A DNA stretch of 58,133 nt, the filler included, from Basidiobolus ranarum (Eukaryota): assembly GCA_040143965.1 (NCBI GenBank). It is 6 parts of 6 records of this genome, joined end to end, with 100 filler letters (N's around TTAATTAATTAA, not from the genome) between each part and the next. Parts side by side here need not be neighbours in the genome. Positions count along the whole stretch, not along the records: positions 19,442 to 29,054 come from JASJQH010000801.1; positions 29,155 to 38,760 come from JASJQH010000802.1; 4 more parts are not named here. One strand, given 5' to 3'. This document shows positions 23,289 to 36,399 of the stretch, piece by piece. Numbering within the stretch: position 1 is the first letter of the stretch; the number at the start of each line of letters is the position of its first letter. Both the position numbers and the translations under genes were made by a program. Below the pieces are notes generated by a model, which saw only the letters and a list, made by a program, of their open reading frames with translations, was not told the origin of the DNA and did not search any database.

Positions 23289-23680
23289 AATTGTATAAAA
23301 CCCCAATGTATACGTACCTCCTATATGGAGATCAACCCATATCAAGATCAGATTCTACTCCGTCACTTATTAACAAATACACTAAATTCACAAACATTGT
23401 CTTGACCCAATCTATTTACTATTCTTACAGAGTGAGAAGAAATTGACTTGGAATACCAAAAACTAGTTGATAAGCTTTCAAATTCCCTGAATCATCAACT
23501 GTTTGAAATCTTCTCATCACTCTTAATGTCCTAATGCTGAGCCACTGCTTGGATCATTGCTATTCACTAGAGTATTTGCGCTACTCCTTGCAAGTCTCCA
23601 GGATCGAAGTAAGAAACTACAAATATATTATTATCTTTCCCGGATTATAAACAAAACATGAGCTCAATTTGGATGTAGTA

Positions 23681-23752
23681 ATTTTGGTTATGACGAGTCG
23701 ATGTCCTGGATTTCATACCATATTTGGTTATGATAAACCAATGTCCTGGATT
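23681..23752 (+). repeat. Imperfect 40-bp tandem duplication
   Basis: ATTTGGTTATGA...ATGTCCTGGATTT occurs twice. Confidence 0.85.
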
Positions 23753-24196
23753 TGAAATTACATGTTTAGTTACTCCACAGTTCTACACTGCAGAATCTTA
23801 GCGATTTGATTGGTCAAAGTGGGTTAGGGTTGAGGCCATTCCGGTAAGCGCGCATACGGTAAGAGTGCACTTTTCCTACTGCTTATACTACTCACTCGAA
23901 ATGACCCTAAGTATCCGATATTGTTATTTTACTTATTGTCAAAGCGGTTTGCACAACTGTATATGCAATTGCTGTATGCGATTGATGCTTCCTAAGTGAG
24001 GTTTGAATAGATGTCCATTCAATAGATACATTTCTGAATATGCCCATTAGACTATAGTTGTTTGTTAATAAACCTATTTAATAACTTCATTTAACCCTTT
24101 TTATAATAACCACTTACTCAATCTTGCTTTCTTTTAGTATCCAGTGGATGTGCCGTTTTTGTATAGATACTAATAGATTAACTGACATTCACTGTA

Positions 24197-24424
24197 TTGT
24201 TCATGTGCTTCATCTGGTTTTGGCGAAGTTTCGACAAGTCCCCTAGATGGCCTCGTGGACATGCACTTAGATTCTATCGCCTTCATGTGGATCGTATCTA
24301 TTGGATTGGTGGCTTTGGTGAATACCATTATATTGAGCTCATTAAATCTGAGGTATATCCTGAAATCGTCAAATTTGTTCAACAAAATGTTGCGAAGGAA
24401 CCCACTTATCTTAGCTCTCGTTAA
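24197..24424 (+). pseudogene. C-terminal fragment or exon of a CREG-like / pyridoxamine 5'-phosphate oxidase-like split-barrel protein
   Basis: WPRGHALRFYRLHVDRIYWIGGFGEYHYI resembles the W...H..FYRL.V..IYWIGGFG...YI motif of fungal CREG-like proteins. I could not build an intact N-terminal part. Confidence 0.5.
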
Positions 24425-24827
24425 AAGATCATCCAAAAATCAGAACAATTAGGTGGATTCATCATATTAAAGTAATCCACTGAGTTTATCAAGAAATGCT
24501 GGTAATACTTGAATAAAAAACATTTCCCTTAATACATCTGCTCAAATTGCTCTGATTAGAAATGATAGAGAATTGGATAATAATAAATACCGCTGAATTA
24601 ACTAGAACACGACTTTTTTTTGAATGCGGTTGGTTTCATAATTTATATATATATATACATATAGTGTATAACTTCAAATGAAAAATTATCTCAATTCAAA
24701 TTATTAGTGATGTTTATTGATATTCATCGGGAATTTAATTCCTTCTAAAATATTGATTAATGCAAATATAGTATTAAGGCTTCTATATGTCTGTATGACC
24801 GAATTTAAACTTAATCAATTCTAGTTA

Positions 24828-25499
24828 TCAATAGAAAGAGATTAAGCTGAGGGCAGCTCCACCAAGGACCATCAAAGTGCTGTACCCTAATCCAGAGGCA
24901 GAAGACGATGGAGTTTTGGAGGCAGCTGGGCTGGATGATACACCGGTAGTTCCTGTAGCGGTAGGCTTGGAGCTGGAGGGTACAGGTGAAGCACTAGCGT
25001 TGGCAGAAGTAGCAGAGGTAGCGACGCTCGAAGGAGCTGATGCACTGGCTGAGGTGGCACTGGATACCTCAGAAGCAACAGTAGAAGAAGCATTAGGGGT
25101 AGCTACATCCTTGTTGGCGGTGTACCATTCGCAGGCCTGAGTATGATAAGCATTGAAAGCAGTTGCTTCTTCGCTGGTGCAAGCGGCCATACACATACCG
25201 GCAGCTGCCATATACCTTCCGTAGTTAGCTCCCTTCTTATCGCACATCAATCCTAGAGAAGCGATGAAGTTAGGGCTTTTTGGATCGGAAGTGAAGTTGT
25301 CAAGAAAGCCATCAGCGCCTTTCTAAAGGAAGAGAGAAAACCGATTAAATGAGATTTGATTAAACTATTGGCAACCACTGCAACATACCTGGTTACAGTT
25401 GTCGATACATGCACCGGCACTGGGGATATTGAACTCAGATTGAGCCAAAGTGGCGGCAACAGCGCTGATGAGGATTAAAGTAGAGGAAGTGAAATGCAT
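24828..25499 (-). CDS. Secreted Cys-rich, Ser/Thr/Ala-rich, probably GPI-anchored surface protein (2 exons)
   Basis: Exon 25499-25389 (MHFTSSTLILISAVAATLAQ...CIDNCNQ), GT-AG intron 25388-25323, exon 25322-24828 in frame (KGADGFLDNFTSDPKSPNFIASLGLMC...). S/T stalk and hydrophobic C-tail (SSASGLGYSTLMVLGGAALSLISFY). Confidence 0.9.
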
Positions 25500-26095
25500 G
25501 TTGGAAAAACTTGATGTGCATTGATAATCAGATTCTTCCCTTTTTATAGGATATCCCAATAATCTCATGGGAAAACGGAAGTATTTAGGGAGTTAATCCA
25601 TCAAAAACTCATCAAAAGCCGGCAGAAAATCAGATAAATTGTGACTAACATGAATTCGATGGGGATTGCATAAGAATACTCGACTAAAGTGCTTTCGCGT
25701 AAACTTTGGTGTAATGGAAATGTTACAGGTGTAATGGTTAAACTGTTCCACAAGCTGAGATACATCCTTAGTTTAGAAAATGTTACTTATCAGATTACTA
25801 TTATCTGATTCAAATCCATATGTCTCCTACCAAGAGCCTAGCCAATCTCTACTCTTGTTTTACACCGTCGAGTCACTTATTAGTACTTTCAAATCTCAAT
25901 GTGTATGCTAGACTCGCCAAGATGCATTCCTGTTTAGATTTCAATTCAGCGGAAAAATTGGATTTTGCATGACTAAAAAGTCATATTTTACTTAGAGAAA
26001 AAAAGTATTTGCTCATGTCGCACACAAAACCAAAAATATATACTTATCTCCAATCAAGTGCAAATACAGTAATTGGAGTGGAGTAAGAATACGAA

Positions 26096-26139
26096 GCAAA
26101 GATACAGAGCAAAGATACAGAGCAAAGATACAGAGCAAA
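26096..26139 (+). repeat. 13-bp minisatellite (GCAAAGATACAGA x3)
   Basis: Directly visible. Confidence 0.85.
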
Positions 26140-27682
26140 TACTCCATTGTTGAATGAAAAGAGCCAGAATACACCCTAAGAAAAGAACCCGAATACATCA
26201 CCTAGCCCTAATATATTCGTATATTTAACCCCAAGAAGAATCCATGTAAGAACTTGTCATAAGAACATAATTTAGTTAGGGTTAGGTTGTTATCTGGTGT
26301 AGCTAAAGATTTGTTGTGAGTTAGGTAGGTCACTCTGGCAAATATGAGACAAATAAGCTTGCCCAAAGAAAAACCTTGGCTCATTTCACAAGCAAAATAA
26401 CTAGAACAAGAGATATTGCTCCTAACATTCATATAAATCAATTCCTATGAAATTGCTCCAAACATTCAAACAAGTTTATCAGCCATATACTATCTTCATG
26501 AGGAATTACGCTCAATATTGAGACCAACTTAGAAGTTGGTTATGCGATTTTTTCAGACTTTGTACTCTACATGTTGGTTCATCTACTTCTTGACAAAAGT
26601 ATATATATCAACTTGCACTCCACAAGTCAGTAAGTAGAAGCCATCAATTCTTCTAGTTCTCCATATCACCTCCAAAAACTTTCAAAACACATCAACATAT
26701 TCTACTTGAGCCTATCATGTATAGCCAAAAAGACAGTTCCAAGAGAAATAGGACTAGAGACTAGTATACCACATGTATAGGTTTTAAACACAAATATCGT
26801 CGATTTACAGTTATACCTAGTTTTGTTATGAAATATCCACATTTTAAAGAGTGGGAAGGAGATGCCCTAATCCAGCTTAACTTGAACAAGTCAAATGTAA
26901 ATAGAGAGAAATCAAAAGTCATCATACATTGTTGACAAACTTCAATAGACAACTACGATGCCAATTTTGGTGATCGCAGCCTAACCCTAAGTTTAATTCT
27001 CAGATAGATCTTGACAAAAATTCAGAGGAGATACTAGAAAATCAGGTATCCTTAGTTATGCTAAGTTAGCCATTAACTTACCTAACCCTAAGAGGTAAAC
27101 AGCACCTTGAATAGACATATCAGAGCTAATGTTTTTTGTTGTCTTGCCTGAAAAAATAACTGTAACCTTTTTTCCAGCAGGGAGAGACCAGGGATAGGAG
27201 ATATCACCCCAATCTCGTTACTCAGATTAACTAATATATATAAAGTTATGCTCAATCCAGCTAGTGTCCCGCAGTCCCAATCACATAATTACATCATGGT
27301 CTTAGCATCAAATATCCACAAGCCATATTGGCATTTCAAGCAATTTTGCACATCAACCATTGTTAAACACTTTACTGTAGCAGTAGTGGGACTATTATGT
27401 ACGTCACACCAAGTAGATTGTTCTGCTGTGAGAGTAAGGTTATCCCTATCAGCGAAGCTGGTCAATCTAAAACAAAATAAGCGAGTCACTCGGACGAAGG
27501 GATTTGGCCACGAGAGTACAAGAAAATTGAATTACCTAATCCGATAGAGGGAAATGGGTTAGAACCAGTGATTGAAATGATTCATACCATGCAGCTACAG
27601 ATGGACACGCTATAAAACCTTCCGAGTGCAATGTAATTCACTAAGAGTTTATTCAGTATTGTACTAACATACATTCACCAGA

Positions 27683-29054
27683 ATGTACATTCATGATTGC
27701 ACTTCGCTCTTTGTAGTTGGCTTATTATTCTCCATGCTCGATGCTTATGGCATTGGCACTAATGATGTAGCTAACTCGCTCTCTACTTCCGTTGCCTCCA
27801 AATCCTTGACACTAGCTCAGGCCTGCTGTATCGCTGTATTCACTGAGTTCTTTGGTGCTCTCTTACTTGGTTCACAAACTTCTGAGACTATCCGTGGAAA
27901 GATCATCTCTTTGGAGAATTTTGCTGGACAACCAGAACTTCTCATGGTATGTGAATATCTGACTATTAATATTGCGTCTTCTTTTTCCACTGATATCTAT
28001 AATCCTTCCTTCAATCTGTGCACTTACATGATTTATTCATAAACTTTTACAGCTTGCTATGGTCTGTGCTGTTGTCGGATCATCTCTGTGGGTAATCTTT
28101 GGAACACGTAACGGTTGGCCTGTCTCTACTACACATTCAATTGTCAGTGCCATTATCGGTGTGGGTATATCTGCTTTCGGAGTTGACAGCGTTGATTGGA
28201 GTTACAATGGAGTCGCTAAGATCGTGACTTCCTGGTTTATCTCTCCTGTAGCTGCCGGAATCATTGCTAGTATTATCTATATGGTAACCAAGATCTTTGT
28301 ACTGGCAAGATCCGATTCTTTCGAGCGTGGTCTTCGTGCCATTCCCTTCTACTTCGGATTGACCATTTTCATCTGCTTGGTCTATCTTTTCTACAAGGCT
28401 CCAGGATTCAAGGAACTCACTGAAAATAATATTGGCCTTGTTTGGGGCCTCACATGTGGAATCACCGTACTGGTCATGGCCTTCTGTTGGTTCTTTATAG
28501 CTCCCTGGTTCCGCCGTACCATTCGCGACCATGAGAACCTTCGGTGGTACCATGTATTTGTCACTCCCATGATTAGCCCACGTCCCCCAAAAACCGAAAT
28601 GACTCTGGAGTTGAATGATGATACGAGTAAGAAAATCAATGATCATGAACTCAATGAGCAGGAGCAGCCACCAACCGGGTTCTTCGGAAAATTCAAAAGG
28701 TTGGTCCTCAATGGTGTCCGCCAAGATGTGGTTAACTGCAAAGAAGAAAGACTTCAAAAGATTCATGAGGCTGCCGATAGATATGATGATGATACCGAGT
28801 ATATGTATAGTTTCATTCAAATTATCACTGCAAGTATGGCTAGTTTTGCTCATGGTTCCAATGATGTTGCCAATGCCGTTGGGCCTCTATCCACGATCTA
28901 CTATGTGTGGAGTACGGCTACTGTTGATGTCAGTGGGAAAACCGCAGTGCCTTTGTGGATCCTTGCAATGGGAGGTGTCTTCATTGATATCGGTCTTTTA
29001 ACCTATGGATATAACATTATGCGTACTCTGGGCAACAAGATCACTTACCATTCT
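27683..29054 (+). CDS. PHO89: PiT/PHO4-family inorganic phosphate transporter (Pho89-like), 3'-truncated
   Basis: PiT signatures GIGTNDVANS, PVSTTHSIV and FAHGSNDVANAVGP. Intron 27947-28052 (GTATGT...ACAG) joins the two ORFs in frame. Ends at the spacer. Confidence 0.93.
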
Positions 29055-29154
29055 NNNNNNNNNNNNNNNNNNNNNNNNNNNNNNNNNNNNNNNNNNNNTT
29101 AATTAATTAANNNNNNNNNNNNNNNNNNNNNNNNNNNNNNNNNNNNNNNNNNNN
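29055..29154. other. Artificial contig spacer
   Basis: N44-TTAATTAATTAA-N44. Confidence 0.98.
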
Positions 29155-30450
29155 ATAGTGCATCCAGCCTTACTGAACACGAAATTTAATCCTTGAGTTG
29201 TTGCTTGGCTTACTGAGAGTAGATTCTTGGCTATATTTGGTACATAGAGTACATCATCTAATTTTAGTGTATAGTCATCACCTGTGTAGACTTTCCTTGT
29301 TTGGATTGGTTTTGAGCTGGAAAATCAATCTTTTTTGTTTGACATATACTGGGAAGCTCTTGTACCACATTTCTGAGTCTTCTTTATTGGTAACTGATAG
29401 GGCAGACACAAATAGATGATCCCTAACCATGTTTACTTGACTTGTTTCTTCTGATTTTAGCTTTTTGATGAAAATCCTTTACTGGAATCTTCAATTCAAT
29501 GTCCTGCTTTCCTGCAATACTTGCAGATGATTGATTTCCTATGAGTGGCACATTATGGAAGCCTGTTGGACATTTTACAGCTCCAAAAAATGCCTGTTCT
29601 GCATTATTTTGCTGAAAATTAGATCTTCTAAATTCCTCATCCAAAAGCCTAGCACCAACATATTGAATTTTCAATGGCTTTGATCTTGCTTTGAGAGCAG
29701 TTATGAGTTTCTCAAACTCCTCTGGCAGACTCCCAAGTAGTTTCATGACTAGGTCATCTTCATTTAGAGGTACTCCAATGTATGAGTGCTGATCTGCCAT
29801 AGTTTTTATCCAATTTTTATGATTAAGCATAGAATCATTAGAATTCATATGAATTCAGAATAATTTTCATCTCAGATATAGCCTATTGGCCAGACTTTTA
29901 ATCTCATTCAGTCCCTCAAGTATTCCCCAAGTATATTGGATGTTATTGGCTGATTGTATATGCCTCAATTGAGAGTCTCTGAAATGCAGACACAGTGTAG
30001 AAAGTGCTTTCCTCTGCTTGTTGTGAAAGGCAAGGATAGCTTCTGGTGGTCCCTTTGGCTCTCTTTCTTCTCCTGTAACAGATCCCCAAAGGTCCTTGTC
30101 TTTTAGCCCCATTTGCATCTGGAACTTAAAAAGATGAAAGTCTTCACATCATACTTCTCTGTGGATACAACAATATTGGTAATAGTTTTAGTAGATATTC
30201 CTTTGACAGCTAGCTTGGGGCTCATAACCAGACAAAACTGTTTAGGGGATTTGAAAGTGTTTTGGACAAGATTTATATTAGTGAATTAGATACTTAAGTT
30301 ATATTGAATTGAATATGTGCTATTTATAATATATTTTAAGTAGGACTATTGGATGTGCTTAGATCATAACAAACATGCCTGACTGTAACATTCTCATAAT
30401 GGTTGATGACCAATATAAATGACACATATGAAAATCACTACAATAATCTG
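29155..30450 (-). mobile_element. Ty1/copia 5' part: LTR-like sequence, PBS and decayed gag(-protease)
   Basis: Gag-like MQMGLKDKDLWGSVTGEE and DDLVMKLLGSLPEEFEKLITAL (UBN2-type). PBS TGGTTATGAGCCC at 30218-30230. Sequence 30260-30370 recurs at ~37840-37950. Frameshifts present. Confidence 0.88.
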
Positions 30451-30899
30451 GCAGATTATAAAGGGTGTGCAACAATCAGCCTCCACAGTAACCAGAGATT
30501 GATTTGGCATACAAAGTAGAAAACCCATATGGAAACCTGAGGAGTTTCTTTAGCAAATAACCAACAACTCTACCTATAATATCTTATGGTTATTGCAAGA
30601 AGTCCTCAGGTTGCAACAACTATAGTTGTAAAACTATGGGATGTACTGTAATATGGGTCTGCTTCTTGACTCTGTTTTTTTTGGTAGCTTTGAATTGTGA
30701 TTGGGTTTGGTTTGTAAGATACTTTTTGAGTCATATTTGGCAGAAGTGATTTTGGGGATACATATAATCTTGAAGTAGTAGATTCTTTTACCATCTTCTT
30801 CAGAGCAATTGAGTTGAACAGCCCCCCAAGTTGTAAGTGTTTTAGAGTGTAAGCAGCAACTATGACAGCAAAATCTCAAGGGTTTGTGTGGTATTGAAA

Positions 30900-32400
30900 A
30901 GGTTTAGTAACCATGGTTGAACTATTTTGAAATGTGTTGTAATAGTAGTTTGCCTCTTGCCACTTGGGTCTTTGTGAAAAGGGAAACAAGCCTCTAGAAA
31001 AGTCTAGGGACTGATCAGCCATAGTGCAATGTTGAGCTTTCTGTTGCAATATACTAGAACCTGACTGAAGTGTCCTTTGATAATGATCTGATGAAAGAGT
31101 TTATGCAATTTGAAACAACTATAAACTCAGCCAGCAGGCTCTTAAACAAGGATACACCAAAACTAATCTCTCCAAAGACAAAAAGAAGTTCCTTGCCTGG
31201 GCAGAACAAGCTAGTGAAAGATATATAGAGTATCAAAAATACAACACCTACCTGTCAGTACTTCCTTTGAGCCAGGCAAGTTCTTTGGAGTCAGACAGTA
31301 GCCCAAAACTGTCTCTAGTAGTCTCCCTCAAGCTTTCTCTTCAAAGGTCTTGTAAGCTGTTATGAAAACAGGAGGTGATCACAACTCAAGGCAGGATTTT
31401 TGCTAATGAGAATTTGTGTAAGTCCTGGTGAATTCTATTGGTGGGATCTGGGATAACAGTCCATTGTATATCATGTAATTAGTAAGTGATATATTGTTGT
31501 GGAAAGTAGAAAAATAGTCCAGTAATTTGTAGAAAATTCTGTTAGAGTCAAATTTTGATTGGTCAGAGTTCAATTTATTGTCAAATACTCCAAGAATATT
31601 GTGGAATGTTCTGGAAGATTGTTCAGGTTTTGACAAAATAACACAGCAAATGTGGGTTAATACTGATGAAACATGAATGATAGGTGCTTTTACTAATAGT
31701 ATGATATGATTAGCCATGAAATTTGGATGGGTCATATATAGTTACAAAACAGAAAGGTGGATTGCTAATAATATGAGCTATGGATGGTAGTAAGTTAACC
31801 TGCCAGTAAGCTTCAATGCTGCTCCCTTATATCAATAAGCCAAAAGACTTCAAATTTTTAGAGCTGTTGTCACTGGCACAAATGACAAATGCTATACAAT
31901 GGCAAAAACTGCAAGGTTTTGAAACAATTCAGGAGAAATCAGAAGCAGTTAATTACTTGAAAAGCTCTTCCCTTGTTTTATTATTTTTATGCTAGCATTT
32001 TACAAACATAGTCTTACTCACATCCCAAAAAACTAGGGCTAACAGTTCTTCAATTTCTAACTCAATGTTCATAGTGTTTAAGCATAACTCAGTACAAGTG
32101 TAGGCAAGAGGTGCTCAAAAAATCATCATTCACAGTGAGTAGCATCAAACAATAAGGGCATACAAAACTAATGGGAATACTTGAAGAATAGCACACAAAC
32201 CTTGTCAGGAAGTATTCAGAGCAAATATAATGCAGTCTGCTTTTTTAGAATCAGAATATACTCCCAGGTTCAGCACAAAGATATATGGGAAGAACTTAAT
32301 GGAAAATGGCAGCAGATTTTTTGAACATCATTTATGTGCTTAGTACATTGACCAATAGCTGTTTGTCAGCTATTGGCCAAGAGAAACTATGGCAAGAAAT
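30900..32400 (-). mobile_element. Decayed Ty3/gypsy pol (RNase H then integrase)
   Basis: EIEELLALVF near 32030-32060 resembles the RNase H EKELLAIV motif. LNSDQSKF...NGLLSQ in ORF 31403-31735 resembles the integrase core SDxGxxF...NGxxE. The RH-before-IN order is the gypsy arrangement. Confidence 0.6.
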
Positions 32401-32999
32401 CAGAAAATTGTGCTTGATGACTTTATAGCTACAAGATTCTGCACTTTGCAGCCTTTTTTAATCCATGCTACCTCTGGCATTACTTCTGAATACTTCCTTG
32501 ATATTCACCAACTTGTCATCAGAATTTCCAACCCTCTCTCTGATGTGGATGATTCTTTAATATCATATTCTTCAAAGGGTGATTTGTTAAAGAATTTTGG
32601 GAGCCTCTAAAAGTGACTTACAGAATTAGAGCAATAGTTGATTAATACATTGCCTCTTTACTGATTACAAGCTATATATAGATAGCTGTCAATATGTATG
32701 CAAACTAATGTTTAGAAAGTGCAAAGTTCAGGGCTACTTGCACAAGTGTGTAAAATCTCTATATCTGAGTATAGTTATGTAGCAAAAATAATCTATGATA
32801 TATCCAAATAGGAACAATAGTAATACCTTTGTGAAATATGAAATAACTAAGTACTAATCAATATAAAGTTATATTGCAGCTTAGGCAATGCAAATTTTGG
32901 CACTTTCCCTAATCTAAATAGTCACATAAACTAATCCCAAGAAGAATCTCAATTTGTAAGATTTCTGTTTAGCTTACAGTTTAGTTAACATAACAGCAA

Positions 33000-33900
33000 C
33001 TATATTTGTGTAGAGCAAGAAGTTGGACAAAGAACCATATTTTATATGGTCACTCTGATAAATGATTTCTAGGATTTTATATTTGCTTCTATGAAGAAAT
33101 GGGAGATTTAGAGTTATTGGACACAGATTTTATAACTAAAAATATTGTTGTAGGTAAGTTAAGGGAATATCCCAAACTTGTTGAGAGTTTTCTTAATCTC
33201 ATCCCTTTTTTTGTGGCTTCAAAAGTAGCAATGTGGACTTCTTTTGTTGGAAATATTAAGGTAGGTTTTATTTTCAATTCAAGAGATGGTTCAATTACAG
33301 CTCCTATGAAAAATGTAAGTGGAAGTATATCTCACTGAGAAAACATCTAAAATTTGACTTGCTTTTAATTTGCCATAAGTAGCACAAAAACTGATTTCCA
33401 ACAATGCAAAGTCATCTTCTGATGTATTCAATTCATCACTCTAACAAATTGTTAAGCAATGTTTGGTTATTTCCCCTTGTAAAAACTTCTCACTTGCGGC
33501 AAGATTATCTTCAGAGTACACAATACAATTGTTTGGTATTATTTGTTATATTCTGACCCAGTTTATTAGCTCCTCTACAATATATAGAATCATAGTGTAC
33601 CAAACAATATCTCCCTTGTTTTATTATAATTGCATCTTAAAAAGAATGCAATAATCATTCTGCATACTTCCTCTGAATTTATCTTTATCAAGCAAAGGGA
33701 TTCTTTATCAATGTACCATTGCTATATCCATTTCTCTTGTGATTTCTGTGCATCATCCACATGTGGCATAAATCTCACCAGTTTCCAAAAGGTAGAAGTC
33801 TAGTCTAATAGCCAAAGGCTTTGTTTCAACATGTAGACTGGAATTTTCAGAAACATTTTCTCCTTTAGCAAGATTCATTGTTATTGGGCTGATTTTGGCA
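33000..33900 (-). mobile_element. Decayed copia RT/RNase H
   Basis: KEVHIATFEATKKGMRLRKLSTSLGYSLNLPTTIF resembles EAEYIA..EA.KE..WLR.L...LG....PTTI. Confidence 0.75.
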
Positions 33901-34049
33901 ATGATTAATAACATCATTATTAAACATCAACTGCATTCTCAACAATGCACTTCCAAAGCAGTTCTATATGTGCAAGCCAGATGAGCTTGTGGACTCATAA
34001 AACCCTAAAAAAGTTGGATTACTCCACAAAACACTTATGCATATGATCA

Positions 34050-34560
34050 TCTTCACACAGTTCGAACAACCCATATGTTTTTGAAAAACTGATACATAAA
34101 AAGAGTCATGTTGCCATAAATATCTATTTTGTGCGAGATAAGATAAGGTTGTTTTTGCTAGCCATCAATTGTATGTTTTTTTGGGAGGGCCAACAATGTA
34201 AAGATTTGGAGAAGATCAAATCTGGCTTTTTATTACTTGGATGCTTTTTAAAGAGGAGGTATGGAAGCCAGGGTTTTACATCATGAAAGTTGTTTCTTTA
34301 TTGCAATAGAGCTCTTTCTTACAACATAGCAAAGTAGGCCACTATATACCTTTATCATTAGAGGCAGAATGTATTGCTGCTTGTGAAGGAACCAAACAGA
34401 AAGAAGGTTAGGAAAACTCCCAACCATTTTGGGCTCTGTTGCAAATTTATCTGCTACTATATTGCCAGATCAAAGTTGTATCAAATTAGTTAGAATTCTG
34501 ACCTTTGGTATGCAAGAAAAGCAACTGTATATATAGAGAAACTTTGAAAAATAGGCTAGT
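34050..34560 (+). mobile_element. Decayed copia RNase H fragment, opposite orientation
   Basis: LEAECIAACEGTK at ~34358-34398 and a DQSCIKL motif downstream. Confidence 0.6.
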
Positions 34561-34586
34561 ATGGGCATGTTGCATAACTGGAAGCA

Positions 34587-35760
34587 TTATTGCAAACATG
34601 TTATTGGGGATACCAGCCCAGAAGGCATTGTGTGAATATTCTGCTTGTATGAGTTTTGAATCATAAACCTATTACCTAACTGGATGGCTTTTTGATCAGT
34701 GAAGAGGCATCCATTCCTGCTGAACATGCTATTTAGTCCTTGTACTGTTACTTGACTTACTGATAGCAGCTTTTTTGTTATATGTAGTACAAACAATGTG
34801 TGGTCCAATTTTGAAGATGTTGTAGCTGAAACATAGTCCAAATCAAGCACCACCATACCCTGACCAGCTCCATCAAGTGCTTAGTCATCTCCAAGCATAC
34901 CTTCCCTGTTTGGATTGGTTATAAGTAAGATGGTCAAACTTTATCATTAACAATACATGGGCAAGTTCCTAATGATGTGTCAGGTTTCAGTGCTTATATA
35001 TCAATTGCTGATAGGCCAATACATATATCCAAACCTGGTCACTGCATAATTGCTTTACTCTTTTTGAATGGTTGCTTGCAATATTTGTAAAAGCAAATCT
35101 TCCCATGAGAGTGCCAGTAATTCAGTCTGTAAGATATTTTACAGCTTTTAGAAAAGCTTGATATGTAGTACGTTAGCAGTTAGATCCTCTTAATTCCTCA
35201 CTGATAAACTTAGCCAGAACATCTACTATTGTTAGTACTGTTAAGCTTGTTTTAACAGCTATATGAAGTTTCTAAATACATTTGCAGGCTCCAAAGAACT
35301 ATCTTGATTATGTCTTCTTCATTTTGAGATTCTCCAAAGAAAGAGAACTGATTAGCCATATTTAAGATACAATTTATCAAATTAGCTACAAAATACTCAG
35401 CTTTCTTTTATGTTGACATTCTAACTTGGGCACAATGAAGCATTTATGATCAAGTCAAAGTCTCATATAGTCTCTCAGATGTCCTCCAATTATTCTGTAT
35501 AAGCCTTCAAGTACCATTTACTTGAATTTTCATGTATGATAATTCTAATTGTTTTACATCTGCCATTTGGAAATATATCAACAATAGTACCAATAGACAT
35601 TGCTTTGACAGCTAGCTTTGGGCTTATAAGCTGACAAAGCCACATAGGGATTTGGAAGTTTTTGCCTCAAGTAGTGGAGTTACAAATAAAATACTTTACA
35701 TTGAGTTGACTAACTGCTTCCTATTTATATAGGCTATGAAACAATACTAATCAACTGTTC
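34587..35760 (-). mobile_element. Second decayed copia 5' part, related to 29155-30450
   Basis: LFVLHITKKLLSVSQVTVQGLNSMFSRNGCLFTD matches the copia post-protease motif. 35603-35660 (CTTTGACAGCTAGCTT..GGGCT.ATAA) matches the PBS region at 30201-30258. Confidence 0.75.
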
Positions 35761-36399
35761 AGAGCAGACCAACAGTGATTATAAAGTGTTGGTAGCATCT
35801 GAGATGACTCAGAGTAGATTTGAGAAAAGAGTTAAGATTCTTGTGGGTATTCCGGTCATATCTCTCCATTAGAGAAAGAAACAAAAATTTTAAATATTCT
35901 AATTGAATACTAAGTACTCAGGATCTAACTAAACCAACTACCTAATCATGAACCATGGTTTACTTAATTTCAATATATACATAGGTGCTACCTGCAACTC
36001 TAGTATTACTGATTCTATTTGTTCCTATTCATTCTGACTAAGTCAGATATTGCCTAAGCTGCTCCATTTAGTTAGATTAAAAGCAATAAACACAATCTTG
36101 TCATTTTTTTAGCACGGTTGATTGGAGTGTATCACTCAGTGGTGTTGTTTGAGATGGTTACCTATTTTGGTTAATATTACAAATATGAGGGGATTCCTGG
36201 AAATTTGGCACAGCAAAATTTCATCATACCAGCTAATACCTAATTTATGCTGCAATAAGAATATATATTTCTTACAACTTCTCATCATGTTCTTTGTTGT
36301 TTATTGATGCATATGTTATAAAAAATTAAAGCAGTCTCCAAAGGCATATCCTGTTCTCAGTATTAGTCAAATTAACTCCACTAAGGAATTTAAATTCTG

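Noticed and set aside
23191-23752. Direct repeats that might suggest a CRISPR-like array
   Set aside because: Only two adjacent copies each, with no unique spacers and no cas genes, in a eukaryotic context.
24200-24410. Superficial nucleotide resemblance to ribosomal protein L37
   Set aside because: No frame gives the zinc-finger or basic L37 sequence; the CREG-like frame fits better.
28137-28853. 238-aa antisense ORF within the phosphate transporter
   Set aside because: Antisense shadow of a well-supported conserved gene; no independent motifs.
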